This document shows positions 62,854 through 64,000 of a DNA stretch of 64,000 nucleotides, piece by piece. Position 1 is the first letter of the stretch. Each line of letters begins with the position of its first letter. The notes below the pieces were generated by a model. It did not search any database, was not told the origin of the DNA, and worked only from the letters and a program-made list of their open reading frames with translations. Source of the DNA: Camelus dromedarius (taxonomy: Eukaryota); assembly GCF_036321535.1 (NCBI RefSeq), contig NC_087437.1:119910001-119974000 (forward strand), given 5' to 3'. The position numbers were made by a program, and so were the translations under genes.

Positions 62854-64000
62854 CTAATACTTTTTTCTTTCAAACACACGGGAACGGCAGACCCGAGGTG
62901 GGGGGTATTTAGATGCCCAGCGTGAAGCCCTCCCACCTCGGCTGTGACTGTGACAACGTCCTCAGAGAAGGCAGGGGCTGTTCCCTGACCTCTGGGCATC
63001 CAGGGAAGACAGCGTCCAGCTTCACAGCCACCAGACGAGCTCCAAGCAGCAAAGCCACAGCACAGCCACCAGGGGGCCCTCCCGCCCCGCAGCCTCCCAC
63101 CCCACCGACCTCCGTGCCAACCCAGGGCTGCTTCTGCGCCTGGCCCAGGTCCCCACACGATGCTCACACGCGACACCTGAACACAGGGAAGGCTGCAATG
63201 CCAAGAGCCGGGGCGGACACAACACGGGGCGGCCGCGAGATTGCACTGGCCACCCTCCGGGGGACGACTGGAGGGACAGTCACGAATTCAAACTCTCAAT
63301 CTGGAGCTGCAAGACCTGTCACATCTGTGAGCCAGTCCAATAACAATGTTGGCCGTGAGGCCAAGATGACAGCTCACGCCCGGTTTGTGGCATCAGGGGG
63401 CGCACAGCCCGCCCACTCTCCAGGGCCAGGGCTTCGTGTACCCTCCTGGTTACTGCTTTCCACTCCTACTAGGATGTCTCCCAAGTTGTGAAATGTGATC
63501 TCCACAACAAGGCAGCTCCATTTCTCACTTTACACTAGAGACAACCGAGACCTTTGCTTCACAAAACACAAAACCCTTATGTTTATCTACACGCGTGGCC
63601 TCGTCACAGAAGAGCCAGTCCTGGCTTTCCAGGTCACCCGAGGGCTGGGAGGGGACCTACCGTCCCCATAAAAAATTCACATCTGTGCAGACGGCACCCA
63701 GCTCACAGCAGCTGGAATTCCAGATGCTAGCTTGAAATGGAAACTGACACATAAAGGAATGACATCCCGAACACGAGGACCCACAGGCCCCCGCAGGGCT
63801 CTCAGGAGGGACAGGAGGGCAGGGAAGCAGGCGGGAGGCCTGGCTGTGCTCCCCACTCCCCGCCGGCACAGGCTCGGCTGCAGCTCAACCGCCTCCGCTC
63901 TCCGGCTGGTGCAGCCCCCGCAACAGTAGCGGCTGCAACGTGATAAACCCAGGAAAACAATGACAAAAAGGGGTAATTAGGCTCCAGGGCAACTTAATCA

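Overview
GC-rich mammalian DNA containing the 3' ends of two convergent genes. On the + strand are the last 10 coding exons of PDE9A (cGMP-specific phosphodiesterase; most of the catalytic domain, stop at 14270-14272, then the 3' UTR). On the - strand are the last 8 coding exons of WDR4 (non-catalytic subunit of the METTL1 tRNA m7G46 methyltransferase; stop at 50807-50809). All called exons have GT-AG boundaries and consistent phases. The ~36 kb between the genes is mostly old LINE-1 and MaLR/ERV LTR relics, a MER58-type DNA transposon, MIRs, younger L1 3' ends and tRNA-derived SINEs that resemble camelid SINEs, so a camel/alpaca/llama source is inferred. The PDE9A-WDR4 tail-to-tail arrangement matches human 21q22.3 as I recall it. 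I found no support for a new multi-gene system. The observations most worth checking are: a WDR4 stop codon at an apparently ancestral sense position; an F-to-C change at a WDR4 tRNA-contact residue; a shifted acceptor and tandem (NAGNAG) acceptors at the last two PDE9A exons; a 9 x 36-bp palindromic E-box minisatellite; a perfect 107-bp tandem duplication; and strongly GC-shifted L1 relics. Human protein and repeat-consensus comparisons are from memory, not from searches, and repeat boundaries are approximate.
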